The notes under the pieces were generated by a model. That model was not told the DNA's origin and made no database searches. It worked only from the letters and a program-made list of their open reading frames with translations. The position numbers and the translations under genes are program-made. DNA of 63,158 nt, the filler included, from Sphacelaria rigidula (taxonomy: Eukaryota): assembly GCA_964200075.2 (NCBI GenBank). It is 7 parts of 7 records of this genome, joined end to end, with 100 filler letters (N's around TTAATTAATTAA, not from the genome) between each part and the next. Parts side by side here need not be neighbours in the genome. Positions count along the whole stretch, not along the records: positions 9,040 to 17,978 come from CAXNAA020009700.1; positions 18,079 to 27,015 come from CAXNAA020009701.1; 5 more parts are not named here. The stretch is one strand, 5' to 3'. Below are positions 12,901 through 25,391 of this stretch, one piece after another (position 1 is the stretch's first letter; each line of letters begins with the position of its first letter).

Positions 12901-14885
12901 GCATCAATAAAAAATTGAGCGCACGCGAGCAACTACTTTGACCCATACGTATGGACACACAATCACACAAAATTCGATTGGAGTGGTGATCGGGAAGAGA
13001 CAGTACGCATGATCACGAAATGCGAGCGCGGTATCAACGGGCTCTCTCTACCCCAGCTTGGCTTTCCTTGAAAACACTATTATATCATTACGCCGCAGCA
13101 TGATGGCGTGAGCTCGATAGATCTCGGTAGGTAATGTCGACACCACCCTTTCCGCGCAACATTCGTGTACAGTATATACACTACGTCTGAGTTCAAGTGT
13201 CTATTAAAGCCGAGAAACCCGATACACATGGAAAGTGAAAACCACCGGCAAAAAATGGCTAACCTGGGGAGCAAAAAATAAGCACGGATAAAAAACAGCG
13301 CTAACACTCAGGAACATTCCCAGGGTTGTTGAAACAATGCGAGCAAACTTCACATATTACAGATAAGTCGATTACTCCACTCACCTGTTGACGGCCCTGT
13401 ACACCTCGCTGCCGGGACTGGACCCGAGCACATCCGCGGCCCGTGCCAGCACCACTGCCAACACGCACGGCAACCTTTGCAGCGGCGTCTCCACACCGTC
13501 CTTCAGGCACCTGAGGTGCCCCAGGATAATTCAAATCGATCGTGAAAAATGGAACGAAACAACCGCGAATGGTCGCAGCTGTACGATCATTTTTGCCCGC
13601 ACGCGACGATTGCTTCAATGAACGTACTGCATTGTAGCAGTACAAGAGCCTGCGAAAACCGACTACAGACTAGCGGCACCCACAGGAAAGTGAGCTAATC
13701 CAGAGTGTGCGCCATCTCCTAATATCATTCTACGCCGCAAGCAGAAACTGCGAAAAACTCGAACGCGGAGACACTTGGCTGTCACGTTACACCATGCAAA
13801 ATTTTGGCGTCTTTCTATGAAGCCGAGTGTCATCATCTACCGCCGGGGCAATTAAGAAACAATCCTGACAGTCCAAGGGTTTTGCGCGTCAGACAGCTCA
13901 TGAGCTACCTAATGCATCAAATCGAAGAGGACTGCCATATCCATTGTCCGAAGACACAAAAAATGTGACGGCAGGTTCCGAGAAGTCAAAGCGCTACGTT
14001 CGCACTACTTCGCGTTCTCGACGTCGAGCGCTGTCCGGAGCAAAAATGAAAAAGGGGGCCAAATGAGCTAGTTCATGATCCGTATCCGTACACGAATAAG
14101 AAATAGTTGTCAGGAAGCTCATAAGCTGTCCAACTTGTGAAGAGTTCAGCCGACGTCTGATTTGAACGTGTCCTGGTATTTATACTCGAATTTGCAACGT
14201 GGATACCTCCTGCAAGGAGACGGGCCTCTCATTCAAAATGGGACGAGTGCACCAGTGGCCATCATTCCTACACAGAGATCAAGTACCCGTGTAGAGTTTC
14301 TTGGGTCATTTTTGCGATGAGTCAATTTTACACATTTTTTTCGCGGGTATCCGACCCAAAGTTTAAAGTCATGGCTGGCTTCCAACATTGCCGAAGATGT
14401 AGCCGAAGACAACGCCACCAAATAGTAATCGTAATACCTTGGTGGTTGAGAAGTTATCCACGACGAAAAACGGACATTTTGCCCTCAAGGTGCATGGGTA
14501 TGTGCGCAATGTAACAAATGGTGCGGACGAGAACCTATGAAATGATATGCAGGAGCGCACAACCGTGTGCTGGGATTCCATCTGAGGGAGAATTCGGAGG
14601 TCGGGGCTTGGTGCTCGGGGTGGTGAATTTTCTCGTGTGGTTCCATGTGATTTTCATTCTCTGTTGCATGTTTGCGTCATTCTCATGAGAAGGCTGCCAT
14701 TTGCACGTTGACAGTGTTGTCCGGTTTACTCCCCGAGCATCACTCAGTCACTACATCCCAGAGCGTTTGTACGAATCAGACTTGTGGGCAATGATCTTGA
14801 AGCGACCATGCGAACTTCGATGAAGAAACATCTTACACCTTCGCAAAAGTATTTGATGTGTTCTATCTTGCCAACACACAAAACA

Positions 14886-14925
<40 letters not shown>

Positions 14926-17363
14926 CGAGCGGCTGTTTTTTCGCACGGAAAATCTAAAATTGGATGCCGACACACATTTTTGAAAGCGTCCGCTTACACG
15001 TTGACAGCGCTGGTGGGTCGTGACCCCGGCCACTGCTTTGTCACCTACTTCGTATATCCCAAAGCGCTCGTGCGATTTGGACTAGTAGGCAATGGTATTG
15101 AGCTGCGTGATGATCTCGGCGGGGATTCATCTCACAGCATTCCAAATATGTTCGATGTCCTCGATCCTGCCAACACAAAACACACATGCGCGTTTTCCCA
15201 GGTGTTGTTTCCCCACGGAAAATTGGACGCCGACAAATATATTTGAAGGCCGCCTCTTGCATATCGACAGCGCTGGTCGATCTTAGCGCCGGGCACCGCG
15301 CCGTAAAATACATATCAGGGGGCTAGCGCGAAATTGGATTTGTGGCAACATTGCTGCATTGAGCGTGATCGCTTCGGCCGAGAAAATCGCTGCGGTCACG
15401 CTGTAATCCACAAGAAATCACGATTGCTGTCAAGACAGCTGAGATAGTGCAGTGCACTACAGTCAGTACGGTCAGCACAAAACAACATTTAACGTGGTGG
15501 CGCGCAAGACCGGCGCCAGGTTTGGGTTCCCAGAGCTGCTGCTCAGGTGTTTGATTGGTCAAGGTGCAAACTGTTTTCTTCATTTCCGAACGTGGATGAC
15601 GGCAATAGGAATCGACAAACCCAGGTCAGACGGTTCCCCGTTTCGGCATCAAATGAAAACACTGTGACTGCATGTGTGTGGTACCAGGACAACGTAAGGC
15701 AACTGTTGAGCTCACGAAGTCGTTGATACACACCTCAACAGCAGCGCAAGTTGGGGCCTCTGCCGAAATCCGGCCTCCGCGGCTCTCCTAGCCTTACCGC
15801 CGGCCGAGCCACCGCCGTCGCCTCTGCCGGCCGCAGCTCCCGCCGTGGACGATTTTTCTCCTTGAAGAGATTCCAGTAGATGCAAGAGGCACGAGTACGC
15901 CGACGCTCGGGCGGAAAGGCTTAGACTGGACGTAGTGACGAGGATGTAGCCCAGTAGAGGTGACTCACAGACCTGAACAACACGTTACAAGAGGGTCGAC
16001 AGGAGCGGGATATATAGCATTCGGCGTAAGATTAGAGCACAGCTGCGTATCCGCCAAAACAGAAAGCATTATACACGCAAAGAGAACAGTTCTGTAAATT
16101 CATCATATCGGTTTGTTGGGTGGCTGAGATGTTTTTGTTGACCTTCTACCGTTTACCAGAAAAGGTTGACCAAATCAAATGGCCTTCAAGGGCGGCAACA
16201 CGATGCCTCGCAAACTTAGTGAATGGACAGCAAGGAAGGGCAGCCTGTTTTCCGAAGCAAACAGCGAAAAAACAGCCGTTCGGACACCCTCAGAGCCGGG
16301 CTCTGTAGGTTGCATCGCGACTCCGAATCCGCAAAAGCTAAACACATCTTACCGCTGGCGCAGGCAATCCTGCCACCCTCAAACCCCACTCCACCAGAGG
16401 GAGCACGAAGCAAGGGTCGTACACCTCCGCCGAGCGCTTCATGGCGACTGAAGCGTCAGCTGCCGCCGTTGCCGCCGTCGCCGACTCATCTGCCAGCTCC
16501 ATCTCGTTTTCGCGATCGCCGTCGTCGTCCTCATTTTCTTCATCATTGTCGTCCCCGTCGGTTTCTTCATCGGTCGACATACTCTCGCGGCGATTGGTAC
16601 TGTTGCCGTTACCCCCGTTACCGCTGCTGCGGCGGCTAGCACGGCCGTCTGGGTCATCTCCATTCGAGCTACCGTCGGAGGTACTGCCTTCATCGGACTC
16701 ATCGTCTTCGGTGCCACTACTTGCGGAGTCAACATCTGACGAGTCTTTGCGTGAACTTGAAACTCCGCCGCCATCGTAACCATCATCATCCATCTTGCCT
16801 ATAGAACTGCTGGTCTTGCCCCCGCTCTCCTCCCCTTGCTCCGAACCGTGTTCGCCATCACCCGCACTGCCACCCGCGTTTGCGACACCCCCTGCTCGGC
16901 GACTCGTCTCATTTTCCTCGTCGTCCGTGCAGCTCATGTCGTCAACGTCGCCCGGGCCTCCGCAGGATGATCCGTTCCCGCGCTTTGCCTTGGCGTCATC
17001 GTCGCCTCCTTCCGCTCCGCCCCATCGCCGCCTCCGCCGGCGGCGTCTACGGGCAGCCGTCTTAATGTCACCATTCCCGCCATCGCCACTCCCGTTGCCA
17101 CCGCTGGTATCGGCCTCGAACACAAACGGCGGGGGCTCCAAGCCGCGCTCGATCGGGAAAGCCTCGATCGAGGCTCGCAGCCGCCGCGGCTCAAACGCCG
17201 GGATAATCCATTGCCAGCGATGCTTTGAGGGTGTTGACCGCGGGACGGCGGCGGCGGCGGTGGCTGCGGCGACAGCCTCTGCTGCGCCCGGCCCCCACCT
17301 GCACACACTGGGCTCTAAAGGTATGCCGCTTGCTTGGAGCAGGCGCAACAGTCGTACGATCAG
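9914..17363 (-). CDS. URB1: Nucleolar pre-ribosomal-associated protein 1 (URB1/Npa1), C-terminal part; spliced, 5'-partial
   Basis: Six phase-consistent GT-AG exons: 17363-16353, 15972-15734, 13510-13385, 12830-12655, 12371-12209, 11876-9914 (TAG). The product contains YDPCFVLPL, LLGYILVTTSS..RASAYSCL, FRQRPQLALLLRCLKDG..RLP, YRAVNSFLLHRP..DELPLF and RMWMLRALRDGLR, which fit the NopRA1 region. Confidence 0.82.
14690..15310. repeat. Degenerate ~300-bp tandem duplication with a (GT)n tract inside a URB1 intron
   Basis: CACGTTGACAG-like and TGCCAACAC(A)CAAAACACAC motifs recur about 300 bp apart; (GT)n at ~14890-14917. Confidence 0.55.
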
Positions 17364-18078
17364 CTGTGAGAAAGGACAGAGATCAAAAAGGAAGGAGTGG
17401 GACAGGAGCTTGATACCGCTATTGCTGACTCTATGAGAGGCGCACCGTGTAGTTGAAAGATACCGATGAGCTCGAAAAAAAGTTCATTTCTGGGGTTGGC
17501 TGAGCGCCGCAGACAATGGATTATTACGTCAAAAAATGTGAAGAAGCGATGCAGATCTACTCTGGCCGACGTCCTGGACACATATCAAGCGTTTGGCTAA
17601 TGTCATGAAAGCACAAAACACAAAATGTAACTGACAATATTACAGCTTGGACATGACTACAGGTACTTTCGGACTCGCACCCTATGATATACCGGTAACG
17701 GGCGATCGTGACAAATTCGCCTGCAGGTTGTGTAGAAAGGAGCGACGTACCCAGTCTTGAGTAGTCGCGGATAAAGCAAGATATATCCACTTGCGCCAGG
17801 GCGATATCGCCAACCAAACTTATCGAATGTTGAAAAAGTACAAAACGTTGCCTTACATGTCGAAATGTGTTCTAGTTAAGTTCATCGTGTATGTCCAGCG
17901 AAACCCTTTCACGGTTAGGACAAACCATCACGACTCAAAATCACCAAATTCACGATTTCTTCGGCCTGATTACCCAAGNNNNNNNNNNNNNNNNNNNNNN
18001 NNNNNNNNNNNNNNNNNNNNNNTTAATTAATTAANNNNNNNNNNNNNNNNNNNNNNNNNNNNNNNNNNNNNNNNNNNN

Positions 18079-18846
18079 GGGGGGGGGTCAAAGTGCGACA
18101 TGAGGAAAAAGGAGGAAAAAAAAACTAACTCTCAATGACATTTGAAGGCGGCCACTTCTTCTCATTTGCAGTCGGCACTGCGGGGCAAAATCGGCGTGTG
18201 TGATGAATCGTAAGAAAACAACACGCTTAAGTCTTGAGCCGGGGAAGATTACGCTCTGGAATGGAGAAACTTGAGTCGAAGGACTATAATCACGTTGTTG
18301 TATCCCGCGATCACAACTTCGAAATATTTCCCAACAATACATTTTTCTATTTGGAACACCAACACCCACCTAGCTCGAAGGTTTTATGGAGGTCAGCGCT
18401 TTTCTACAACAGATGAAAGTCAAATTCTCAGGAGGTTTTCTGGGGTATTTGATGCCAATCAGTAGCGTACTCCTACGATGCCAGAAGCCGACATCACCGA
18501 AATGTCACGGCTAAGGGTATAACTCGATATCGTAGTATCCGTCTTCATTCTTCTCTTCGTTAGATTTCTGAGATGATCGCGGCTACTACAATTTGAAGCA
18601 TATTGGAGATGAGGTAGGAATTGGATTCAGCATTCGTCCTTTGAACTTCAGAACAATTTGAAGGCCGCTGGTTGGTCGAGGCACCTTTTTGCTTTAAGCG
18701 CGTGACCTCAAACAAGAATCCGGCCATCTCCCCCTTCAGTCGCCCATGACGGTCAGCATGATACATTTACGTGACTACTGAGGAGTATCGCGGAAAGCAT
18801 TTACTGCTGACACAATTTCGGATAATGGGCGTGAACCAGCTACGTA
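18079..18846 (-). mobile_element. Diverged partial copy of the TACGAGCTGGTTCACG-terminated element family
   Basis: The reverse complement from 18846 reads TACGTAGCTGGTTCACG..CCGAAATTGTGTCAGCAGTAAATGCTTTCCGCGATAC, similar to the starts at 27238 and 25392. The inner limit is approximate. Confidence 0.55.
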
Positions 18847-18972
18847 CCATGACGTACTGCTCCCGTCGCTTTGGAAAATCTGATGACCAACAGCACCATT
18901 CCGACCAATATACAGATGAAGATGCGAATATAGCTTTTTTCCCTGCGACTTTTTTTCTTTTCTGCGTCTTTT

Positions 18973-19219
18973 GACACTTCCCGCGATATCTCCCCCCCCC
19001 CAAAACCAGCTCAAAAGAGTCACGAAAAAAATGGCCATACAGCGCCTGATGTTCGGGTTCAGGCTGCATGAAGCGCCTCATATTGGCGACACTGGCTAGC
19101 CAAGCGTGGGAATTCCCAGCTTTTCGTTGTGCTCGGCTTTTCCCATTTCGATTTACGTGAAGATTTTGCCTCCCGAAACCATGCACTTTTTCGGGGAGGG
19201 GGCTATCGTAGACAGTGTC
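18973..19219 (-). mobile_element. MITE family C copy (GACAC..GTGTC termini)
   Basis: Reverse-complement match to 52089-52341. Confidence 0.7.
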
Positions 19220-20037
19220 AATTACACCCCACGAAAAAAAAGCGAAACCCAACGACCAGAAGAGTGTAGCACCCCTGCTGTTTGGACCGAAGACCCGGAA
19301 GATCCAACGATGCATACAGGTCGCTTGTGTGCCGGACCTCACAAAGATCCAGCGAACATGGGTGAGCATCTCGCCGACACACCAGCCCGAACGGCATCAT
19401 GCGGCGAAACATCAGACCGTTGCCGGATCGGCAATTTGCGGCTCGGAAGCAAAGATGGACACCGACCGGATTCCGGATTGGAGGACGAACGCCTGAATCC
19501 AACGGCGTAGACTGTACAATCGGGTTTCTGTACGTGTTGCTTGGGTTCTAGTGCGTCGGTCGCGAGCGCTGGTCTGGATGGGACATGGGTAACGCATTTT
19601 TCTTATGAGTGGCAGTTTTATTTTCTTCACACATACACTCTTCTGCCAGAGTGGTCAAGTCCAGGTGAACAACCCGTGTCACGTTCGCATTTTCCGGTGG
19701 CCGCAGATTTCTTTTTGACTAGACAAGCATTTTTGTCCAAGAATAGTCGACGCGAGGTAATAACTGCCGTGGGTTTCTACACCTGACAACCACTTTATTC
19801 TGGACTCCACTGATGTTCATAGTTCTTGGACGAATATACAACTTCGACTTCGAACTTCGGCAGAACAACAAGACACAAGCACCTGAATACGTTCATGTGA
19901 CGTGACAGATTTCCGACGATGAAAGCAAGGCATACCGAGGAGGCAACATCCGCCCAGCCATCATCTACGCCCAAAACGAAGAAGGACAAGGAAAAAACAG
20001 TCGTTCAATATGTTGTGTTTGCCATAAAAGGCGGCTT

Positions 20038-20073
<36 letters not shown>

Positions 20074-20589
20074 AGCGGCTTGAACGAAACGTTCCGAAAA
20101 TCGACCCGATGTGTGACGCGCAAGACCAGTGGTGCCACGACCCTCCGATTCGGTACAGATGGTGCAGGATCAGGGATATCGGCGAGAGTGTGACGAAGAA
20201 CACCACCCGATGTTTTTCGTCCAACTGTTCAACACAATAGCGATACGGATGATTCCCGGCAGTTCTCTCCTTGCACGAACGCCATAGCATTGAGGCGCGA
20301 GCGTTGGCAGTGCTGCATGGTAAGTCGAAATGTTGACTGGCATACCATGGTGTCGTTCAGATTAGTCGTCCTGCATTGAAACACTGACTTGATTAGCATT
20401 ACTATGTAGCCCCATGCACCGCAGGCGCTTCGCTGACGGGCGTAGCCAGATCACTCCCCACGCACTTTTGCACCCCACGGTGCACCGCACATGCACGAGC
20501 CATCATCACCATGTACATGAGACACGGCTCATGACTACAGCCTAGAAAACAAAACAAACTTGAATTGTACAGAAACGTTTGCGCAATCT

Positions 20590-23145
20590 ATCTACAGAAA
20601 GAAGACTCCAATATTATCCACAGACTGAATTCGGAACGCGATATCTTCCTCATTGTCGTCGCCCGCTTCTGATGTCGAGCCCTCTCTCTCGGACCCGCTG
20701 CAATCTGAATCTGAATCTCCGATCCAGATCCCGGCTGCAGAGTTCAACTTTTGTCCGACGGGTTTATCTGAACCGTCATCGCAAAAGTAGTCACTGATGG
20801 GCTCTCGTCCCGGATGCGCCCTCCCTACCCCCTGCCTCCCGCCGCCGTGCCCGTCATGTCCCTCACTATCGGTCGTATCAATAGGTGCCCCTTGCGTGAT
20901 CGGCCGCGTGCACGGCCATCTATGCCGTCGGTTTCACTGATCGGATCTGGTCCCGAATGCGCTCCCCCCACCACCTCCCTCCCAGCGCCGCAACAGTGAG
21001 GCTCCTCACCGTCAGTCGCATCAACGGATGTCCCTGGTGCAGTGCTTGCTCGAGATGCCGCCCCCATCCCACGTGATGCAGTCTACCCGCCCCTCGCATG
21101 CTTCGCTATTGATCGGCTTCCCCCATTTTGCGATCGGCCGCGTGCACCGCTGTGTTCGTCGCCGGTTTCCTCAGCGGGATTCGCGGCGGCCGCTCGCGAA
21201 GGTGATGGCGGCAGGAAGCAGCGACCCTGGCAACCGCAGCTCAGATTGCAGTTGCCCAACCACCTGAAACTCTGGCATCTGTGCTTTGACGCCGCCCTTT
21301 CCGGGTTGCATGTACATCTGAGTATTTTCAGGTTTCCGGATGTGTCGACGTATGTGTGACTCGACAAGTACATCACAGTGTTATCGCGTGACAGCTCCAC
21401 CCCCGCTGGTATCGACGCTTTTTCAGCACCCTTGTGGTGAGTCCTCCTCTCAGGTTCTATGCCCCACCCGCGTCCGTTGAAGTTCACTGAGGGCATGCTG
21501 CGTAGGACACCCCCCCCCAGTATTCCAACACTGCATCGGACTTACTGGCGTGCTTCTTACAGGCGTCTAAGTCTGAGCAGCAGCGGGAAGGCTGGTGCCC
21601 ATGCGCTGTGGTGATGCCCAGGTGAATCTTGTTCACGTACGACGCCAAGTCCTGTTCGCATGTGGTGAACAGAATTCCCAGATCCGTGGCAACTTGTGAG
21701 AAAGCGTTTTCGTACCTGAAAAAGAAAACGGTGGCCAGCAGCTTCACGCCCTCATCGATCTCCGTCCTGAGCTTCCCATCTTTGTCCGCCAGTACCGCTT
21801 TCGTGAAGAGGTTCGGTGTGCGAACGGCTTTCAGAACGAAATCCCACATCTTCAGGAAAGGAATCCCGGAGACATGTGGTACTAAATCGCACCCGGCCAG
21901 CAGGTAGGTGAAAACGAATAGTGCCACCTTGATTGATGGTGTCAACCAATCGTACTGGCCGTCGGGCGGCGAAGCGCTCTCGCTCCCGTCCCTCAGATGC
22001 TCGATCGCACTGTACAGCCGGTTCACCAGTGCGTACTGGGGGCCACCATTCACGATGCGTTTGACAGTGACTAGCTCGGTGCCTGAGCCATGCGGCTTGA
22101 TACACCCGGAGAGCATCGCCAGAAGTACAGTGATCCACTGATCAGTATCGATGGAAGTCACGAGCCACTTCTTCAGGCATTTTCCGAGCAACCGTCCGGA
22201 GTGTATGGTGAAGTGGACTGTGGACATCTCTCCCTCACCTATGCCGGGTCCAGGTGTGCTGTGGGTACTCCTATCAGGTTCCCTGCCATCACGCCACCAC
22301 AACAGGTGACGTTGCGAGGCACGAGGAGAAGGGTCGGGGAGCGCGTCACTTTGCGCGCGTAATTCTCCTGCCTCCGCTTCCTCCCCCCTCTCGCACCCTG
22401 TCAACGCGGCAATATACGACCGCGGAATCTCCGTAACCCCTGCGCGGGTGCGTAGACTAGTGTTCGGCGCCGTCGTCGGTACTGGCGCCGCCCCGCTTGA
22501 TCGCTGGCCCGTCACCGCCGCAAGATATGTCGGCGGGGTCGCCTCTCCCATGCCTCCGTCGTCGAAGCATCCGCATGTCGCCTTTGCTGCCGCCGCCGGC
22601 ATCGCCGGTCCCCCCTCCCTCCGTCCGCTTGATGCAGCCGGTGAACTCCACTGACTGGCCGCAACCGCGAGCCCGCAGCCAACAACACTCGCCCGTGAAG
22701 TTGGCCCTAAGGTGTCTCCCCCGGTCCCCCCCACGGTAGCTCGCCCATCATCGCTGCCGAGTTCCATTGTGAGGTCGCAACCCCCAGACCGCAAGCAACA
22801 ACGCCGGCGCCTACCGTCGCGTCTCCCATCACCTACGCCGCTCTGTCGCCCCTTTGCTCGCCCGGACTGCCCCGGGCGGCGTCTCAGCAGGCGCCCGAAC
22901 GTTGCATTCCATGAGTTAGCCGTGGGGATCTCCACATCTGCCGCGAGGGTATGTACAGGGGGGGTGGTCGGGTGGGGAGTCCAACACCAACGCTTCTTAT
23001 CGAGCGTGTCATCTGCCCGGCCGTTCTCATGTTCTCGTCTCCTGTGGCGACGGAATTGTATATTCTCTGTCGTATGTAGCGGTCGCGGCGTCCTATCGTG
23101 ATACTGAAGTACCGTTAAAATTGACAAGTCGAAATCTATGTCCAT
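20590..23145 (-). pseudogene. Disrupted XPG/FEN1(PIN)-like nuclease with C-terminal Cys-rich finger; probable AcademX-like DNA transposon remnant
   Basis: ORF 21484-23145 carries GIGEGE..SIDTD..LLAGCDLVPHVSGIP..KHASKSDAVLEYW. After a frameshift at a G9 run (21510-21518), ORF 21083-21496 carries GRGW..ILRCTC..C..NCNLSCGCQGRC. Interrupted low-complexity and acidic sequence follows. No introns are apparent. Confidence 0.6.
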
Positions 23146-24063
23146 GTCAACGCCCGAATCTCGATCTACGCCAGACGTTCGTTATTTGATTCCGGGTTTA
23201 AGATTACTAAGTTGAACTCCTTCTCCTGCTCGGGACAGACACTAAGGGCGGGTTGTACATTGGCTTGTGTACAACGCGAGCCGTCGATTTATCACGGCCC
23301 CGCTGTTTGCAGGAGGTGATGTAGATACGTCTTGATCACATTGCTATAATACACACTTGCACTATATAGAGCGTTTTCTTCGATACAGGCAATTCTATCA
23401 AATGAGGCTGTACGATGAAACGAGGTTCAAGCCCAAAACAATTATTTCTCCGCACTTTCAGCGATGGTGGCCGATGACGTTTTTGCCGGCCTAATGCCCA
23501 CTGATCGCGTTGATACTTCTTCAGCGCATTTTACCGACTCTGTGAGCTTACAGCGCTGACCGAAACCGTCGTTTCCCCTGATATCACCCTCCCCTAAAAA
23601 AATCAGGTTAAACATATTTGGGCAAGTGAAAAAGTCATTTTCCAACATGCCCCTCAGACACGCACTTGAAAATCACTGATACTGTATGGATGACTGTGAG
23701 CTGAAACTCTGCGGGGTGATACAAGAAGCTACTAGCCGCCCTTCAAGTCTAAGAGTGCTTCAATTAGGGATCGAAAGAGTGCAGTTTTTGTCCCAGATCA
23801 TCTTCGCTTTAATCCCATTTTTTTCATCTGCGACAGGGGTCTGCGTAGCCAGAAATTGGAGGACTGGTAGGCATACCTTTTACCTACACAGAAACGTTCG
23901 ATTTGTCTCTGCAGCTGCCATGTGTATCGAGATATTGCCATCACAGTGAGGGGTGTTAGAACATGTGAACTGCGGCATAAAAACCCATCCGGTCATAGGT
24001 GGTATCCAAATTGAGCAGGTCGTCATTGCGCCGCGTTGAATCGTTGTTGGTTCATTCTATGAT

Positions 24064-24573
24064 TAGGCTTCAGCTCCGTAAGCCCATTTTAAGAAAAACT
24101 TAAGCTTAGTTTTTCTAAATAGGCTTTCCCCCCTTGTTCTATTCCCCAATTTATGTTTTTTTTACTGTAAATCTACAATGGGCCTCATAACACAACTATT
24201 GTATACTTTCTTGATTACATTTTCGATTCAAGATGTAGTATCAAATATATGAAATACACGGGGAAACGTTTTTCGAATCAGGCCCGCAACCATGACAGAT
24301 TGGAGTATTGAATAGTGAAGCTGTTTGACGACAAGTGACGAGTGACGAGTCCCGCCATAGGCCGTAGGGGGGACTTTCAGGCTTTCAGGCAGCTGATATG
24401 ATGGCTGCAGGAGGCGTGTGTAAAAGTATCGTAATTACATGCGCGTTTCAAGCACATCATGAGCTTTTCAACCATTTTGAGCTCTTTTTAAGCCTTTTGA
24501 GAAAAAAGTTATTTAAGCCCGACAACCCCCAAATTAAGCTAAACCTTAAGCGTGCTTACGGAGCTGAAGCCTA
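24064..24573. mobile_element. 510-bp MITE with perfect 20-bp TIRs, TAG..CTA termini
   Basis: TAGGCTTCAGCTCCGTAAGC (24064-24083) and GCTTACGGAGCTGAAGCCTA (24554-24573); flanks GAT and GCT. Confidence 0.8.
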
Positions 24574-25391
24574 GCTACGGTGAGGGTTGCACATTTGGCC
24601 TCATATCTTCATCATTCAGGACCTTCTAAGGCCAGTAGTTGTGCAAGATTATTCATCAGCTTATTCCTGCGTCATACATCAATCCGGATATCCCGAGCCC
24701 TCGAAAATGCTGATCGTGACGTGCTCACATATTTCATAATGCAATGTCTTTTCGCGAGATTGGCACTCTGAGACACGACTGAGAGTGAGAATCGGTCGAC
24801 CGATACACGGAATGATGCTTCCGAAATGCCCCGCCGGGCCTTGTATGAGGACCAGAACGCTTTCTGTAGCAAGTTGCCATGAAGCCTTTGATACAGCATA
24901 ATTATGTTTTGACATGAACCTGTACGCACACGACCGTGTTCAACAGACAAAGCACACACACACAAACGCAAATTCACACGAAAAATGGTAAAAAATGGAC
25001 AACTTGGAGTGAAGCATAGCAATGTCAATCCCGACCAACATTAGACTCTCAAACTCGCGAAAACCTTATCATTAGTCCTGGTTTGGATGAGATAGAGGGC
25101 ACGTAACCATTCGATGCTCGGGATATGTTCGTGCGCCCCTATACCGTAGCACCACTGTATATATCTTGGGGATATCTTCTTCCGCAATCATCCACACAAC
25201 AACCAACATTGCCCGCCAGTAGGAACTACGTTGCACACATGTGCATGACGTTGTCTCTGGGATGGCGCGTGAACGGTGCTTGTAACGCACGGTCACATTC
25301 CACCGACTGGCTGTGCCGTTCGCGAGACCGTAAGCTTTTGGAACTAAAAGCGTGGCACCGCTGAAATAGTGCCGGTGTTTGCTTCGAAGAA

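Noticed and set aside
9989..17436. Plus-strand ORFs antisense to URB1 exons
   Set aside because: These are shadow ORFs of GC-rich coding sequence.
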